Of a DNA stretch of 64,000 bases, positions 1-12,299 are shown one piece after another. Position 1 is the stretch's first letter, and each line of letters starts with the position of its first letter. Origin of the DNA: Octopus vulgaris. Taxonomy: Eukaryota. The position numbers were made by a program, and so were the translations under genes. The stretch is taken from the NCBI GenBank assembly GCA_951406725.2, contig OX597818.1, positions 3,472,001 to 3,536,000 on the forward strand, in the 5' to 3' direction. The notes beneath the pieces were generated by a model. It was given only the letters and a program-made list of their open reading frames with translations. It did no database searches and had not been told where the DNA came from.

Positions 1-119
1 AATTTACAATCTATAAATGCCATTGAATAACCAGTCAGTCATCTGGGAAGGCCTTGAAATCAATGTTACCATCTGTGGACTACGTGTGACCCAGTGATAA
101 TAAAAAGACTGAAAGGAGG

Positions 120-1870
120 TCTGCAACTAAATAACTTTACTCAACACTTTGCAAGAAGATGAAATTTTAGAAATATTACTTCATTTGTGTCTAATATCTA
201 TGGTTAAAATTTTTCAACAGCCAAAATATATGAATTGTCATGGGGGTTATGGTCCTTGTGAGTTGAATATAATTTCCAAATTTCGTAAAGATCCATTCAG
301 TACTTTTGACCTAGTTTGGGATAATAAAAGAAATTACTAAAATTTGGGAGTTAGGGCCCCCATTAGGGGGGAATTACAACCGTGTTTCGTGGTCTGCTAC
401 CACAACAGGATCCAGTTAGCTCAAGACATCATCAGGAGGAACCACGTCCGGTTTCGGCCCCTACTCCTCTACCGTTTTGACGTGGCGGGGCCCCCCTTTC
501 GGAGGTGTCTTCAGCTTTGGTGTTTGGTGCATGTCTTCTTTCTTCTTTTTTCTTCTGTTCCCTGGCCTCTTCGATGTATCGTCAGCGAGTGTCAGCCGGT
601 GACTGACTGTCTTGTCAAATTTCTCCCTTTAAATACCTGCCGCACAGGCTCCAGCAGGCAGCCCTAGCAAGTTGTCACGTGACACTGTCTCACCTTAACT
701 GACTAGTGAAGGCGCGTAGTTTTAGCCCGCGCTTTTTCTAAACGACCGTCATCTGTCAGTCAGTGAAGCTGATTCAGTCAGCTTGTCTCACCTAATGATG
801 TTATTTCCCGTCGGCGTGTTTATGACTTTCAAGCCATTTTCGGTCTTCCCGCTTCAGCCATATATAGAAGCTGGCTTTTTCAACCGCCTCCTGTACTCTG
901 CTTATTAGTTTACGCAGCTCGGGGCTAGAAAAAACAAATCTTCTTTTGAAAAGCGTTGTCATTTTCTTTTCAATGAAGCCTCTAGCCCCCATTGCCAGGT
1001 AATAATATTTGACATTCCATCCCTGTTCTCTGCATTCTTCGATTAGCTTTTCATACCTCTTCTCCTTTCGTTCCTCTGCATTGCCGATGTTCTCTTCCCA
1101 AGGCTCTGTCAGTTCTAGCAAAATTCCCATTCTCCGGTCTCTGTTCCATAGCACTAAGTCCGGTCTTTTTGTTGTTTTTATTAGTGGAAATACTACTTGT
1201 CTTTCCAAGTCCGTGGCCACCTCCCAGTATCCCTTCCATCTTTCGTCTATCTCGTATACTTTCCTTGTAGGCCTGGTTTTATAACCTTTTCCCTCCTTGT
1301 GGAAGTATACTTTCCTGCACTTTTCTCTCCCCTATTGTACCTCTCGATCTTCTCCTTGAGTGCTGCGCTTATGACACCGAGGACTTGATTATGCCGCCAT
1401 GTATTTCTTTCAAGTGCTAGTTTGCAACCTGACAGAACATGTCTAACCGTCGCTTTCTCTCCGCATCTACACTCATCGGTTTTGTTTATGTTCCAACGGA
1501 CTTCGCCGGTGAGGGTAGAATGTCGAAGGTAGACTTGATCAGGAAGGATGTTCTTGCTTGTTCCCAAGCCCAAAGTTCCTTCCATGATATTCTTAGAATC
1601 CTCATGTGAAGTGGAAATTTTGAGAATACTTCTTGATGTGTGTCAATTACCCATGGTTGAAATTTCATCAACATTCAAAATTTATGAATTTTCATGGGGG
1701 TTCTGCCCCCTTTAAGCCATCTGAAATTCAAACCAAGCATATTGAATTATACCCGCCCTTATGCATTGAATCTAAGTTTCAAATATCATAAGGATCCATT
1801 CAGTAATTTTGGTCCATGAAATTGTATGAAACACACAGCATTACCCTTCTTGGCTTGTTTTATGTGTGTG
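120..1870. mobile_element. Degenerate non-autonomous repeat (Helitron/Helentron-like) interrupted by the HERO insertion at 374-1603
   Basis: Related subunits lie on both sides of the insertion (aaattttagaaatattacttc...tatgaattgtcatggggg at ~162-246 vs gaaattttgagaatacttc...tatgaattttcatggggg at ~1614-1700; aaatttcgtaaagatccattcagta vs aaatatcataaggatccattcagta). It ends in acacacag...(TA)n. The family assignment is inference. Confidence 0.4.
374..1603 (-). mobile_element. 5'-truncated non-LTR retrotransposon with restriction-like endonuclease (HERO/NeSL/R2 group), copy 1
   Basis: ORF 1247-1585 has a CCHC finger and RH motif (CRCGEKATVRHVLSGC..WRHNQVL). ORF 801-1220 has the PD-(D/E) REL motif (KRPDLVLW...LLELTEPWEEN...K.KRY). 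A ~430-bp 3' UTR is shared with the copy at 39396. Confidence 0.88.
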
Positions 1871-1871
1871 C

Positions 1872-1873
<2 letters not shown>

Positions 1874-1946
<73 letters not shown>
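1874..1946. repeat. (TA)n microsatellite
   Basis: Direct reading. Many similar tracts occur, e.g. 6157-6258, 10523-10604, 17208-17436, 21270-21450, 27140-27287, 53385-53441, 53557-53690. Confidence 0.95.
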
Positions 1947-1947
<1 letters not shown>

Positions 1948-2014
1948 AAAAAGATAGATTGATAGATACAACTGTGTATGTATACATGTATATGAGTAGA
2001 TGTATATATACCTA

Positions 2015-2768
2015 TATATCAATAATTGAGGGTAAAATTAATTAGTTATTAATCAATTTCACCAAGTAGTGCTCATTATGTAAAAGGACCATTTAAGGCG
2101 TATTCAAAATATTACATTATATAATTAGGGCTTAGTAAAATAAATTACTTTGCCACATACTGAACTTTCAAGAAATAGCAGCCAAAAAGTTTTTAGCCAT
2201 TTCCACTACTTTAAGAAAAATTCTCCCAGATAATGTTTACTCAAAAATAACTCACGAAGATATGGAGGTAAAACAGTAAAATATCACAAGTACAAAGATC
2301 ATTTGAGAACGTTACGTTTCTAGATTAGCCGAAATAAAACTCAGCATTTCCTTCGTCAGCTCAACATTTCTTAATTTTGGATCTGAAAGCACTAAAAGAA
2401 TGAACATACCCGTCCGGCAATGTATCACCTCAGACAAACACCCTCAAACTGCCAGTACTAGCAAATTCAAAATGTACAAGCGAAGATTCCCGCTTTTTCC
2501 TCTTCCACCCACGTGAGTTATCTAGTAAGCATACTATAACGGTGAGAACCGTAGTAACAGAGCAGGGAGAAAGGAATTATAATATCAATAATTGAGGGTA
2601 AAATTAATTAGTTATTAATCAATTTCACCAAGTAGTGTTCAGTATGTAAAAGGACCATTTAAGGCGTATTCAAAATATTACATTATATAATTAGGGCTTA
2701 GTAAAATAAATTACTTTGCCACATACTGAACTTTCTAGAAATAGCAGCCAAAAAGTTTTTTAGCCATT
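2015..2768. repeat. ~185-bp direct repeat (2015-2200 / 2582-2768) enclosing a hammerhead motif; Penelope pseudo-LTR-like remnant
   Basis: Near-identical blocks atatcaataattgagggtaaaattaattag...aaaagtttttagccatt, with an HHR between them. Confidence 0.7.
2303..2364 (-). ncRNA. Type I hammerhead ribozyme motif (PLE type)
   Basis: Minus strand reads ttgag CTGACGA [stem II, gctga/tcggc] GAAA cgtaacg TT ctcaa. Stem I is ttgag/ctcaa and stem III is near-palindromic. Confidence 0.8.
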
Positions 2769-5369
2769 GATCTATGCTGCATACAAGAGCTAAGATGGAG
2801 AGGTGCTTCAGCTAGCGTCCTCACAGGCAAGGCACATATGTATAAAGTCTTCTGGCAAGGTAACATGGATGGTGTATGGAGTGATGGCATACTCCTTGCG
2901 GAGAAATGGGTGGATAAGGTCATAGAGGTTGTCAGGGTATGCGATAGAGTGCTTAAGCTCAGGCTAGTCCTACAGAACAACATAGCTACAATTATCTCTG
3001 CCTACGCTCCACATACGGGACTACCAAATGATGAGAATGGCCACTTTTATGACATCCTTCAACAGGCTACCTCAAAGATGAGTGGCAATGACCTCATCTT
3101 TGTGGCTGGAGACTTTAATGGACATGTTGGGCGAGAATCTGGTATCTTCACTGGGGTACACCGTGGCCATGGTAATGGCACCCGAAACGATGAGGGAACT
3201 AGGTTACTGGAATTCTGTGATGCATGTAACCTTTTAATCTGCAACACTAACTTCAGGAAGCCAGAGAGCCACTTTATGACCTATCAATCAGGGGACTCTG
3301 CTAGCCAGATTGATTTCATCCTCACCAGACAGCGGGACACAGGGTTGCTCTTAAATACAGAGACCCTCCCGGGTGAAGAATGTACCCCCCAGCATAGGCT
3401 AATCATTAGTGACTTTAGGCTCGAGGCCAGAAGAATACCAAGAAGCAGACCAATCCAGAAAAGAAGGATTTGGAAGCTAAAGAACCCTTCACATGGTCAG
3501 AGATTTAGGAACATCCTCATCAAGAAATTTGATGAGAGGGAGGAGGAGCTACAGACGTCGGACGTAGAAGGTAGCTGGAAATTCCTACGGAACAGCTTGC
3601 TGAGTTCCACAAACCAATTCTGCGGATGGCGCAAAGTCCCTTCCAGACCTAGAGTTACGTGGTGGTGGAATAGTATGGTAGACAAAGCCATTAGAGCAAA
3701 GAAACAGGCCTGGAAAACCTGGAGGGATGGGAGTAGCAGGGAACTGTACCAGGTAGTCAGAAGGGAGGCTGGGCGGCAGGTATATATAGCCAAGGGCGTA
3801 GCAGGAAAGAAGAAGTTTGCCAATGTCCAGCGACGTGAGGACCAAAGAACTGAGGTATTTCGGATTGCTAGACAGTGTGAGAGAAAATTGAGATGTCACA
3901 GGAGAGAAATGCGTCTGCATGGATGATGGTGCACTTGCTTTTAATGTTTCTGAAAAGAAAGATGTTTGGGGGAGCTATTATGAAAGACTGCTGAATGTGG
4001 AGAATAAATGGGAGGAGGAGAGCCTGCCAAATGTTGACCCAGTAGAGGGACCAGCTATCCTAATAGACAGCTCCCTTAAGGGTATGAAGCCAGGAAAAGC
4101 CCCCGGTGCATCAGGAATCACTGCAGAGATGCTTAAAACATCTGGTGGTGTGGGCTATGGCCTAGTCACCCGTATTGTAAACCAGGTCGTTCATAATGGA
4201 GTCATACCCAATGACTGGCGTAGCAGCACCATAGTCAACTGCTACAAAGGTAAATGTGATGCTCTTGATAGAAATAACTACAGGGGTATCAAACTGCTGG
4301 ATCAGGTGATGAAGGTCACAGACAAGGTCATAGCCCATCTCATTAGGGAGAGAGTCTGCTTAGATAAAATGCAGTTCGGTTTTGTTCCGAGTAGAAGCAC
4401 CACTGATGCCATATTCCTGGTTCGACAACTGCAGGAGAAATACCTAGATAAAGATAAACCCCTATACTTAACTTTCATGGACTTGAAGAAAGCCTTTGAC
4501 AGGGTCCCCCGATCCCTTATCTGGTGGGCAATACGGAAACTGGAGATTGACGAATGGTAAATAAGGGCTGTGCAGGCCCTATACAGAGAGGCCGTTAGTA
4601 AGGTTAGGATTGGCAACGAGTATAGTGAAGAATTCCGGGTGGAAGTAGGTGTCCACCAAGGTTCAGCCCTCAGTCCCCTTTTATTCATCATAGTCCTCCA
4701 GGCAATAACAGAGGAATTCAAGACGAGTTGCCCCTGGGAGCTCCTCTATGCTGATGACCTGGCCCTCATAGTAGAATCACTACTGGAACTAGAAAAAAAA
4801 TTTCGGGTGTGGGAGCTAGGTTTAGAATCAAAAGGCCTTAGAGTAAATGAAGCAAAGACCAAAGTTATAGTAAGTAGGAAGGCGAACTTATCATACACCC
4901 CCTCAGGTAGGTGGCCCTGCTCGATCTGTAGAAAAGGTGTAAGTAGAAACTCCATAATATGTACCCAGTGTAAGCTCTGGACGCATAAGAGGTGCAGCAA
5001 CATCAGAGGGAAATTAACCGAGAAGATAGCTGTCGTGAGCGGCAGATGCACAGGGGCAATAAGCACCACAGATACTCAGAAAACAGATTCCATCACACTC
5101 CAGAGGGAGAAACTAAAAGTAGTTGATAGTTTCCGCTATCAAGTTAGTAATGGAGGTGGATGCTCAGAGAGTGTCACCACTAGAATACGAAAAGCCTGGG
5201 CAAAGTTTTGAAAGCTTCTATCCCTACTGGTGACAAAGGGACTCTCGCTCAGAGTGAAAGGTAGATTGTATGATGCATGATTGTATGAACTGCCATGCTT
5301 CACGGTAGAGAAACATGGGCTGTGACTGCAGAGGACAAGCGTAGGCTTGAAAGAAATGAAGCTAACATG
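2769..5369 (+). mobile_element. RTE-clade LINE with PHD finger inserted in the RT, copy 1 (frameshifted, both ends truncated)
   Basis: APE motifs (SAYAP, GDFNGHVG, QIDFIL, QHRL) in ORF 2838-3926. RT motifs (KAPG, NYRGIKLL, QFGF, DLKKAFD, GVHQGSALSP, YADD) in ORFs 3919-5211. Cys/His cluster at ~4915-5050. Confidence 0.92.
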
Positions 5370-6150
5370 AAAAAATGTGGTCGTCCTAACTGTGGAACAT
5401 GCCCCCACCTTTTGGAAGGTTCAGAATTCCACTTCAAACAAAGAGAAATATTTAAGATCAAATTAAATTTCACATGCGCCTCGGAAAATCTAATCTATGC
5501 CATGACATGCTTAGGATGTGGTAACCACTATATTGGACAAGCAGGAATATCACTCCGTCGAAAAACCACCAGCCACAAAGAACAAATCCGCCACCCACAA
5601 TACAGGTTAGTGAACACATAGAAAGGTGTGCTAGGAATCTTAATCCTAATTTCCAAATCTTCCCCTTCTATCAATGCTCACAGAACACCTCACTGCAACT
5701 AAGGTTGAATAAAGAGGCAACTTTCATCAATAAATGTCTTCCCTAACTAAATATGAACACACAACTTAATACAAAACACTACTAACCCTTGAATTAACAC
5801 CACTAACCCCCATACATTCCTTTCACCTTTCACATTACAATTCTATATCTAACCTAACTGCACAAAATCCAGAACTACTTACCTTCCTTACAAATAATCT
5901 TTTTACTCAGGAACTATTAGACCTAACACCGTTCATTAGCCGGTGTTCATTCAAAGCAATGAATAGCTTATGACGAAATCATGGTATGCTTACTGAATCT
6001 TTAATCATCTCATAATAATGACTTTTATGACTTTTATTACTACTTCAGTCCATCTAAATGTATATATCTGTCGTTACCTTTCATAAAAAGCCTTCTCTTT
6101 TTTTATTTACAATGTGCATTTTCGTTGATTTTTCTTATTTTCCCCTATAT
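5370..6150 (+). mobile_element. Penelope-like element 3' fragment (GIY-YIG endonuclease plus 3' region)
   Basis: CGRPNCGTC...NFTCASENLIYAMTCLGCGNHYIGQAG, fused directly onto the RTE reading frame in ORF 5295-5621. Confidence 0.8.
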
Positions 6151-6152
6151 AC

Positions 6153-6203
<51 letters not shown>

Positions 6204-6259
6204 AATATATATATATATATTGTATATTTGCATATATATATATACATATACATATACAT

Positions 6260-6491
6260 AGGCGGTGAGTTGGCAGAAACGTTAGCACGCCGGGCGAAAT
6301 GCGTTGCCGTATTTCGTCTGCCGCTACGTTCTGAGTTCAAATTCCGCTGAGGTCGACTTTGCCTTTCATTCTTTCGGGGTCGATAAATTAAGTACCAGTT
6401 ACGCACTGGGATCGATGTAATCGACTTAACCCGTTTGTCTGTCCTTGTTTGACTCCTCTGTGTTTAGCCCCTTGTGGGTAGTAAAGAAATA
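6260..6491 (+). mobile_element. tRNA-derived SINE with Meta-like central domain (octopus OK-like)
   Basis: A box (gagttggcagaaacgttag), B box (gagttcaaattcc), central gtcgactttgcctttcattctttcggggtcgataaattaagtacc, and 3' tail ...ccttgtgggtagtaaagaaata. Inserted in (TA)n. Confidence 0.85.
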
Positions 6492-6524
6492 TATATATAC
6501 ATATACACACACACACACAAATAT

Positions 6525-9500
6525 ATCAGGTTGTTCTTCAGTGCTCCTGGCACCATGTAGTCCAGTATAATCTATTCCATGGTTGGGTCGTTGGCGACTA
6601 AACTGGCAACTCCACCAGGCTTACTTGGTGAGGTGGATGCTTGTTGAACACCATGTGGGACAAAAATTAAGACCTGTCAAAGGGTGGAGGAACTACAAAG
6701 TAGTCAACAGCCATTCAACTACATATGTTTGTGGAGTGCTTGTGTGTGTGTATTGTATATATTGCATTTTAAGCTCTATGTGTGTGTGTATTGTAAATAC
6801 TGTATTTCAGTATGTGTGTGTACATATTGTATATTGTGCTTTTAAATTGTATGTATTGTATGTCAATCTTATTTTTAAATTTACACAGTTTTTATCCCAA
6901 TTTTTAATTTGTATTTATTTCTCTTATTTTATTTTTTTATTTATTTAATTTTTTTAAAAATAGATGAGGAGCCCCTCTGTTTTCCCCAAGTCATGGCAAA
7001 GGCAGTCTATCTAGGAGAAAGTAACTCTGAATTTAAATACTTCACTGCTGTCTTGTAGTTAGCCTTTGGTTGGGCAAAGACTGGGAGAAGGACACATGAT
7101 ATAAAACCTGTGACTGCAAATGAACCCAATGATGTCAGCTTGCTCTTCTTTTTGGATCATGCTTTGTAGTTTAGAGAGTGGGAATGGTTGCTGTGCAAAA
7201 CTTTTCCTCACTTTAAAAAGTTTCAAGCACAAGTATTGCTGGAGAGGAAAAAGAAATGAACATCTTGTATGTACATGACTGGCTGAAGCTTTAAAAGGCA
7301 CATCTAAACAATGAAAGTTCAAACTGATAATGAAGAAAATGAAGAAAAGGACTCTGGAACATTTTGTTCTATGTTCTGGCCCAGCAGGTATCCCAGGGCA
7401 CCACAGTCTGGATCCGGCCATCATCCTGCGACTGTGAGTAAATTCAAGTTAAGATACAAGCCTATGAATATAAGATGTTGGAATGTTCAAACGTTATTAG
7501 ACAATCATTGACTGAAATCTCATCCAGAGAGAAGATCCACGCTTGTTGCAAAAGAGTTACAGCAATATGATATGCATGTTGTAGCATTAGCCAAAACAAG
7601 AATTCGTGGGAAGGGGAATTTCGTAGAGAAATCTGTTGGATATCATTTCTTTCGGAGTGGTAGAGAGGAGACCTATAAGAGAGAATCAGGAGTGGGATTT
7701 GCTATCAAAACCACTCTGACTTCAAAACTTGAGGAACTACCATGTGGTCATTCGGATCATTTAATGTCTTTAAGGCTGCCATTAAGAAAAGGTCACTATG
7801 CAACACTCATAAGTACATGTGCTCCGACTATGAATTCATCAGAGCATGATAAACTTGCCTTCTATCTGTCACTTAGAGAGATTATACGCAATATCATCCC
7901 ATGATGACAAAGTTGTCATTTTGGATGATTTTAATGCTCGCATTGCTAAAGATTGAGAGACTTGGGGTTGGGAGTTCCAACAGTAATGGTTTGCTACTGT
8001 TACAAACGTGAGTAGAAATGGATTTGTGTGTCATGAATACAATGTTTCAACTAAAGAATAAGTATAAAATGACATGGATGCACCCTGGTTCTAAGAAATG
8101 GCATCTTATAGATTACACTCTCACCAGAAAATGAGATACTAGGGACTTTGCTATTGTACGAGTGATGCGTAGTGCAGAGTGCTGGACTGATCATAGGCTT
8201 TTGTGTGCCAAGATGAATTTTGTTATTAAGCTAAAGGTTAGAGCAAATAATGTCAAATTACCTAATCGGATTGATGTGAATAAACTTAAGATTCAATCAG
8301 TACACTGTGAGTTTGTGGGTAAGATAAATAATTTGTCCTGTGATGGAAACTGGAAGTCATTCAAAGAAATGCTTTGTTGTAAAAAAACACAAAGATTGGT
8401 TTGATGATAATAATGAAGTTAATCTTATCTTAGGGGAGAAGCGAAAGGCATTTAACATGTTGCAAAATGTTAACATGTCAACGAACAGGACAGTGGCTAC
8501 ATATTTCAAGGTAGTAAAAGCAACAGTGCAGAGGAAGCTACGGATGATGCAGGAAAATTGGAGTGATAGATGTGATGAAATCCAAGAAGCCTCAAATGCT
8601 AACAATTCCAAACTTTTTTACTCTCTCTTGAAAAACGTTTATGGACCAGTTTCATCAAAGGTTGCACCACTTCAGAGGAAGGATGGCACAGGATTATTAA
8701 CAAATCCTAAAGATATTGTTGGGAGATGGAAAGAACATTTTAATGAGTTGCTCAATAGACCCACTGAAGTTAATCTCTCTTTTCTTGATAATATATCCAA
8801 GAGACCAATAAAAGATCTTATAGCAGAAGTTCCAAACCTGGCTAAAATAAAAGCAGCAATCAGAAAATTGAACAATGGAAAGGATATGATATTTTCGGCT
8901 AGACAGTTGCAAGAGAAGTGCATCAAACAAGATATGGACTTATACTAGGTTTTCATTGACCTAACAAAAGCGTTTGATTCTATCAATAGAATTGCACTTT
9001 GGGAGATCCTCAAAAAGCTATGATGCCCTGAAAAATTTGTGAGAATGCTTGGACAATTTCGTGACAAGATGGAAGTGAGAGTTAATGTTGGAGGTACCTC
9101 ATCAGATCCAATTTCTGTAGAAAATGGTGTAAAACAAGATGATATCCCTGCTCCTACACTGTTTGCTATATATTTCGCAATAGTCTTTCAAATAGTTTTT
9201 AAAGATTGCCCTGAAGGGGTCTAAATAAGATATAGGACAACAGGAAAACTGTTCAACCTCAAAAGATTCTGTGCCAAAACGTAAGTTCTGCATTCTCACC
9301 TTGTTGAGTTTCTGTATGCAGGTGATTGTGACTTGTTGGCACATTCTTAGAAAGATATGCAGCACATGGTGAATGCGATTTCTGCAGCATGTGCAGCACT
9401 GGGTCTAACAATCAATCTAAAAAAACTGTTATAATGTACCAGCCCGCTCCCTCCAAGATGTATGTGGAACCTTTTATAACTGTGAATGGTCAAAGATTGG

Positions 9501-10475
9501 GGACTGTACCTAGATTTATTTATTTAGGGAGTACCTTGAGCACTGTTGGTCTTGATGATGAAATTTCATGCAGAATTAGTAGGGCTAGTAGTGCTTTTAG
9601 TAGGCTTGATAGGTGTCTGTGGAAACCACATATCTTCACGAATTAAAGTGAAGGTATATAACACATGCGTCCTCTCATCTTTGCTATATGGAAGTGAGGC
9701 ATGGGTTGTTTACCGTAGACAGGTAAGGTAACTGGAACGATTTCATCAATAGTGTCTGAGAAAACTTTTGGGGATAAACTGGAAAATGGCCATTAGTAAT
9801 GTGGAGGTGCTTGAGATGAGTGGTAGTAGAAGTATAGAGTCAATGATTTTGCAAAGACGTTTGAGGTGGGGAGGACATTTGGTAAGGATGAGTGATGAGT
9901 GATGAGCAACTGCCCAAGCAGCTATTGTATGGTGAGCTGGAAGATGGCAGAAGACCAGCGCATAAGCCTAAATTAAGGTTTAAGGATTGCCTTAAAATGT
10001 TCTAATAAAGACAGGAATTGCAGCTGGTAATTGGGAGAGGGAGGCACAAGACCGTGAAGAATGGAGGAAGATAGTGCATGTTAGATATTCAAGGTTTGAG
10101 AGGGAGAGAGTGAAGTATGAAAGAATTAGGAGGGGGCTTAGAAAGGGGGAACCTGTGGAAAGTGAGAGTGTTGCTTTTTATATGTGTGGTTTGTGGGCGG
10201 AGGTGTTTGAGTCTTGCAGGCCTGGAAAGCCATCAGAGTTCTCATAGAAATCAACCCATGATAAACAATGATGTGACTATTAAAATTCTTAACAGAACAT
10301 GTGTAAAATGTTGGAGGTCTAAAAAGACATGTTAAGAGAGTGCATATGGTGGCGCCTGTTTCTCTTGCCAGCCAGCACAGTTATCTAGTATGTAATAAAA
10401 TGTGTAAAAGTTTGGCCGGGCTTAAAAGTCATATAAGGGCATCACATAGCAACAATCATGAATCATTTCAGTAAG
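6525..10475 (+). mobile_element. Near full-length decayed RTE-clade LINE with C-terminal C2H2 fingers
   Basis: RTE-like 5' UTR (cagtctatctaggagaaagtaactctgaattt). APE remnants (CWNVQTL, ESGVGFAI, APTM, ECWTDHRL). RT remnants (DMIFSARQLQEKC, FIDLTKAFD, GVKQDDIPAPTLF, FIYLGS, LLYGSEAW) with a deletion at ~8883. FICVVCGRRCLSLAGLESH at the end. Confidence 0.85.
6551..6606 (+). ncRNA. Degenerate HDV-like ribozyme at the RTE 5' end
   Basis: Element order is P1 (c)accatg / P2 ccagt / shortened P3-L3 / P1' catggtt / gg / P4 tcg-ttgg-cga / CTAA / P2' actgg, matching the HDV nested double pseudoknot. P3-L3 is 2 nt short. Confidence 0.55.
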
Positions 10476-10567
10476 TTTTCTTGGCAATGGCTTTTCTCGT
10501 GCAACAAGGATGCAGCTGTTGTATATATATTTATATATATATATATATGTACACAATATATACATAC

Positions 10568-10604
<37 letters not shown>

Positions 10605-10606
<2 letters not shown>

Positions 10607-11096
10607 CGATATTGTGTGGTAAGAAGCTTGTTTCCCACCACATGGTCCTGGGTTCGGTCCAACTTCGTGGTACCTTGGCTAGGTGTTTTCTACTATATAG
10701 GTGCAGGAGGGGCTGTGTGGCAAGTAGCTTGCTCACCAACCAACCACATGGTTCCAGGTTCAGTCCCACTGCATGGCACCTTGGGCAAGTGTCTTCTACA
10801 ATAGCCTCAGGCCGAGCAAAGCCTTGTGAGTGGATTTGGCAGACGGAAACTGAAAGAAGCCTGTCGTATATATGTATATATGTGTGTGTGTGTGTGTGTG
10901 TTTGTAGCCCCCAACATCGCTTGACAACCGATGCTGGTGTGTTTACATCCCTGTAACTTAGCAGTTCGGCAAAAGAGACTGATAGAATAAGTACTAGGCT
11001 TACAAAAAATAAGTCCTGGGGTCGATTTCCTCGACTAAAGGTAGTGCTCCAGCATGGCCGCAGTCAAATGACTGAAACATGTAAAATAGTAAAAGA
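10605..11096 (+). mobile_element. tRNA-derived CORE-type SINE (octopus OR-like): truncated head at 10605-10698 plus full copy at 10700-11096
   Basis: tRNA head (ggctgtgtggcaagtagcttgc...ggttcagtccc), CORE-like gcaccttgggcaagtg, internal (TG)n, and tail gtgctccagcatggccgcagtcaaatgactgaaac. Confidence 0.85.
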
Positions 11097-11098
11097 TA

Positions 11099-11139
<41 letters not shown>

Positions 11140-11885
11140 ATATATATGTGTATATAGCAAGTATATGAGTTGTCTAAAGTTAGGTTTTTGTATATACATG
11201 TATTAATAGTATTAATTGTAGTTTTAAATTTCTTATAATTAAAATTAGATAAACTTTGATAAACTTAGATATGTTTCGACCAAAGATTGGTCCAGGCCAT
11301 GTCTAACTTAATAGCATAACTTAGTTATTGTCTTTTTAAATTGATATTTGCTAGTTATTCCCATTGATAAATATATTTATAGTATTTATAGTATTTATTC
11401 GATACTATATAACTACGAATTGATTATTTCTATAAGTATTTTAAATAAGATTTCCGAAAGTTCGTTTAAGTTTGTTTGTTTGTATTTTTGAAATTAGCTA
11501 TTTCATCTTTAAATATGAAAAATTAATTTATTAGGTCTTTATTATATGTGCATATATATTTATTTATAGAGATTATTTTAGATCTTAATTATAATATTTA
11601 TATACATTTATATATTTTCATTGATAATTTATATATAATAGTAATTTTTAAAAAAATATTTATGTAATTAGATATAGACTATTACTGATATCAGATTATT
11701 AGTGGGTTTCTTACCTTATAAATTAAAATTAATATTTAACATTATAATCGATTTTGATATAATCATAATTATTAAGTTTTAAGTTTCTAGTTTGATAATA
11801 GAGTTTATTATAAGTAAATTATTATATTATTTATATCTTAAAAATATTGTTTAAATATTTCTGATTATTTTTAAAATATTTCAAT

Positions 11886-11984
11886 TAACCTGAAGATTGA
11901 CTGTAACCATAACTCCAATTATTAATTGAATTTAAATTATTGTTATTCGAATTGGTACAGCCATGAAACGATCGTAGTGTGTTA
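11886..11984 (+). ncRNA. Hammerhead ribozyme motif with extended stem II, in an AT-rich PLE-derived remnant
   Basis: taac CTGAAGA ttgactgtaacc...ggtacagccat GAAA cgatcg TA gtgtgtta. Stem III (cgatcg) is palindromic; stem I is weak. Confidence 0.65.
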
Positions 11985-12091
11985 CTCTTTATCTTTTATT
12001 AAACTTTTAATACTTTTGATATTTATATAAAAAAATTAAATAAATAAATTAATTAATTAATTAATAAATAAAATAATATATAAATATAAAA

Positions 12092-12147
<56 letters not shown>

Positions 12148-12299
12148 TTAAAATTTATAAGTTTAAATTATTTAAATAATTTTTTAATTTTTAACTTTTA
12201 TATTTTTTAATTAATTTTATGTATTGGCTTATGTTTTTCACTGTTTGATTTGCCTAATAGTGGTTTTATCTCAAATTTGATATTATATATATATATATA

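Noticed and set aside
5295-5621. RTE-GIY-YIG fusion protein
   Set aside because: It is a single in-frame junction between two decayed elements. The other two RTE copies continue normally at this point.
11270-11305. Additional hammerhead candidates here and at ~29985-30013
   Set aside because: Core nucleotides are missing or mutated, so they are not counted as supportable motifs.
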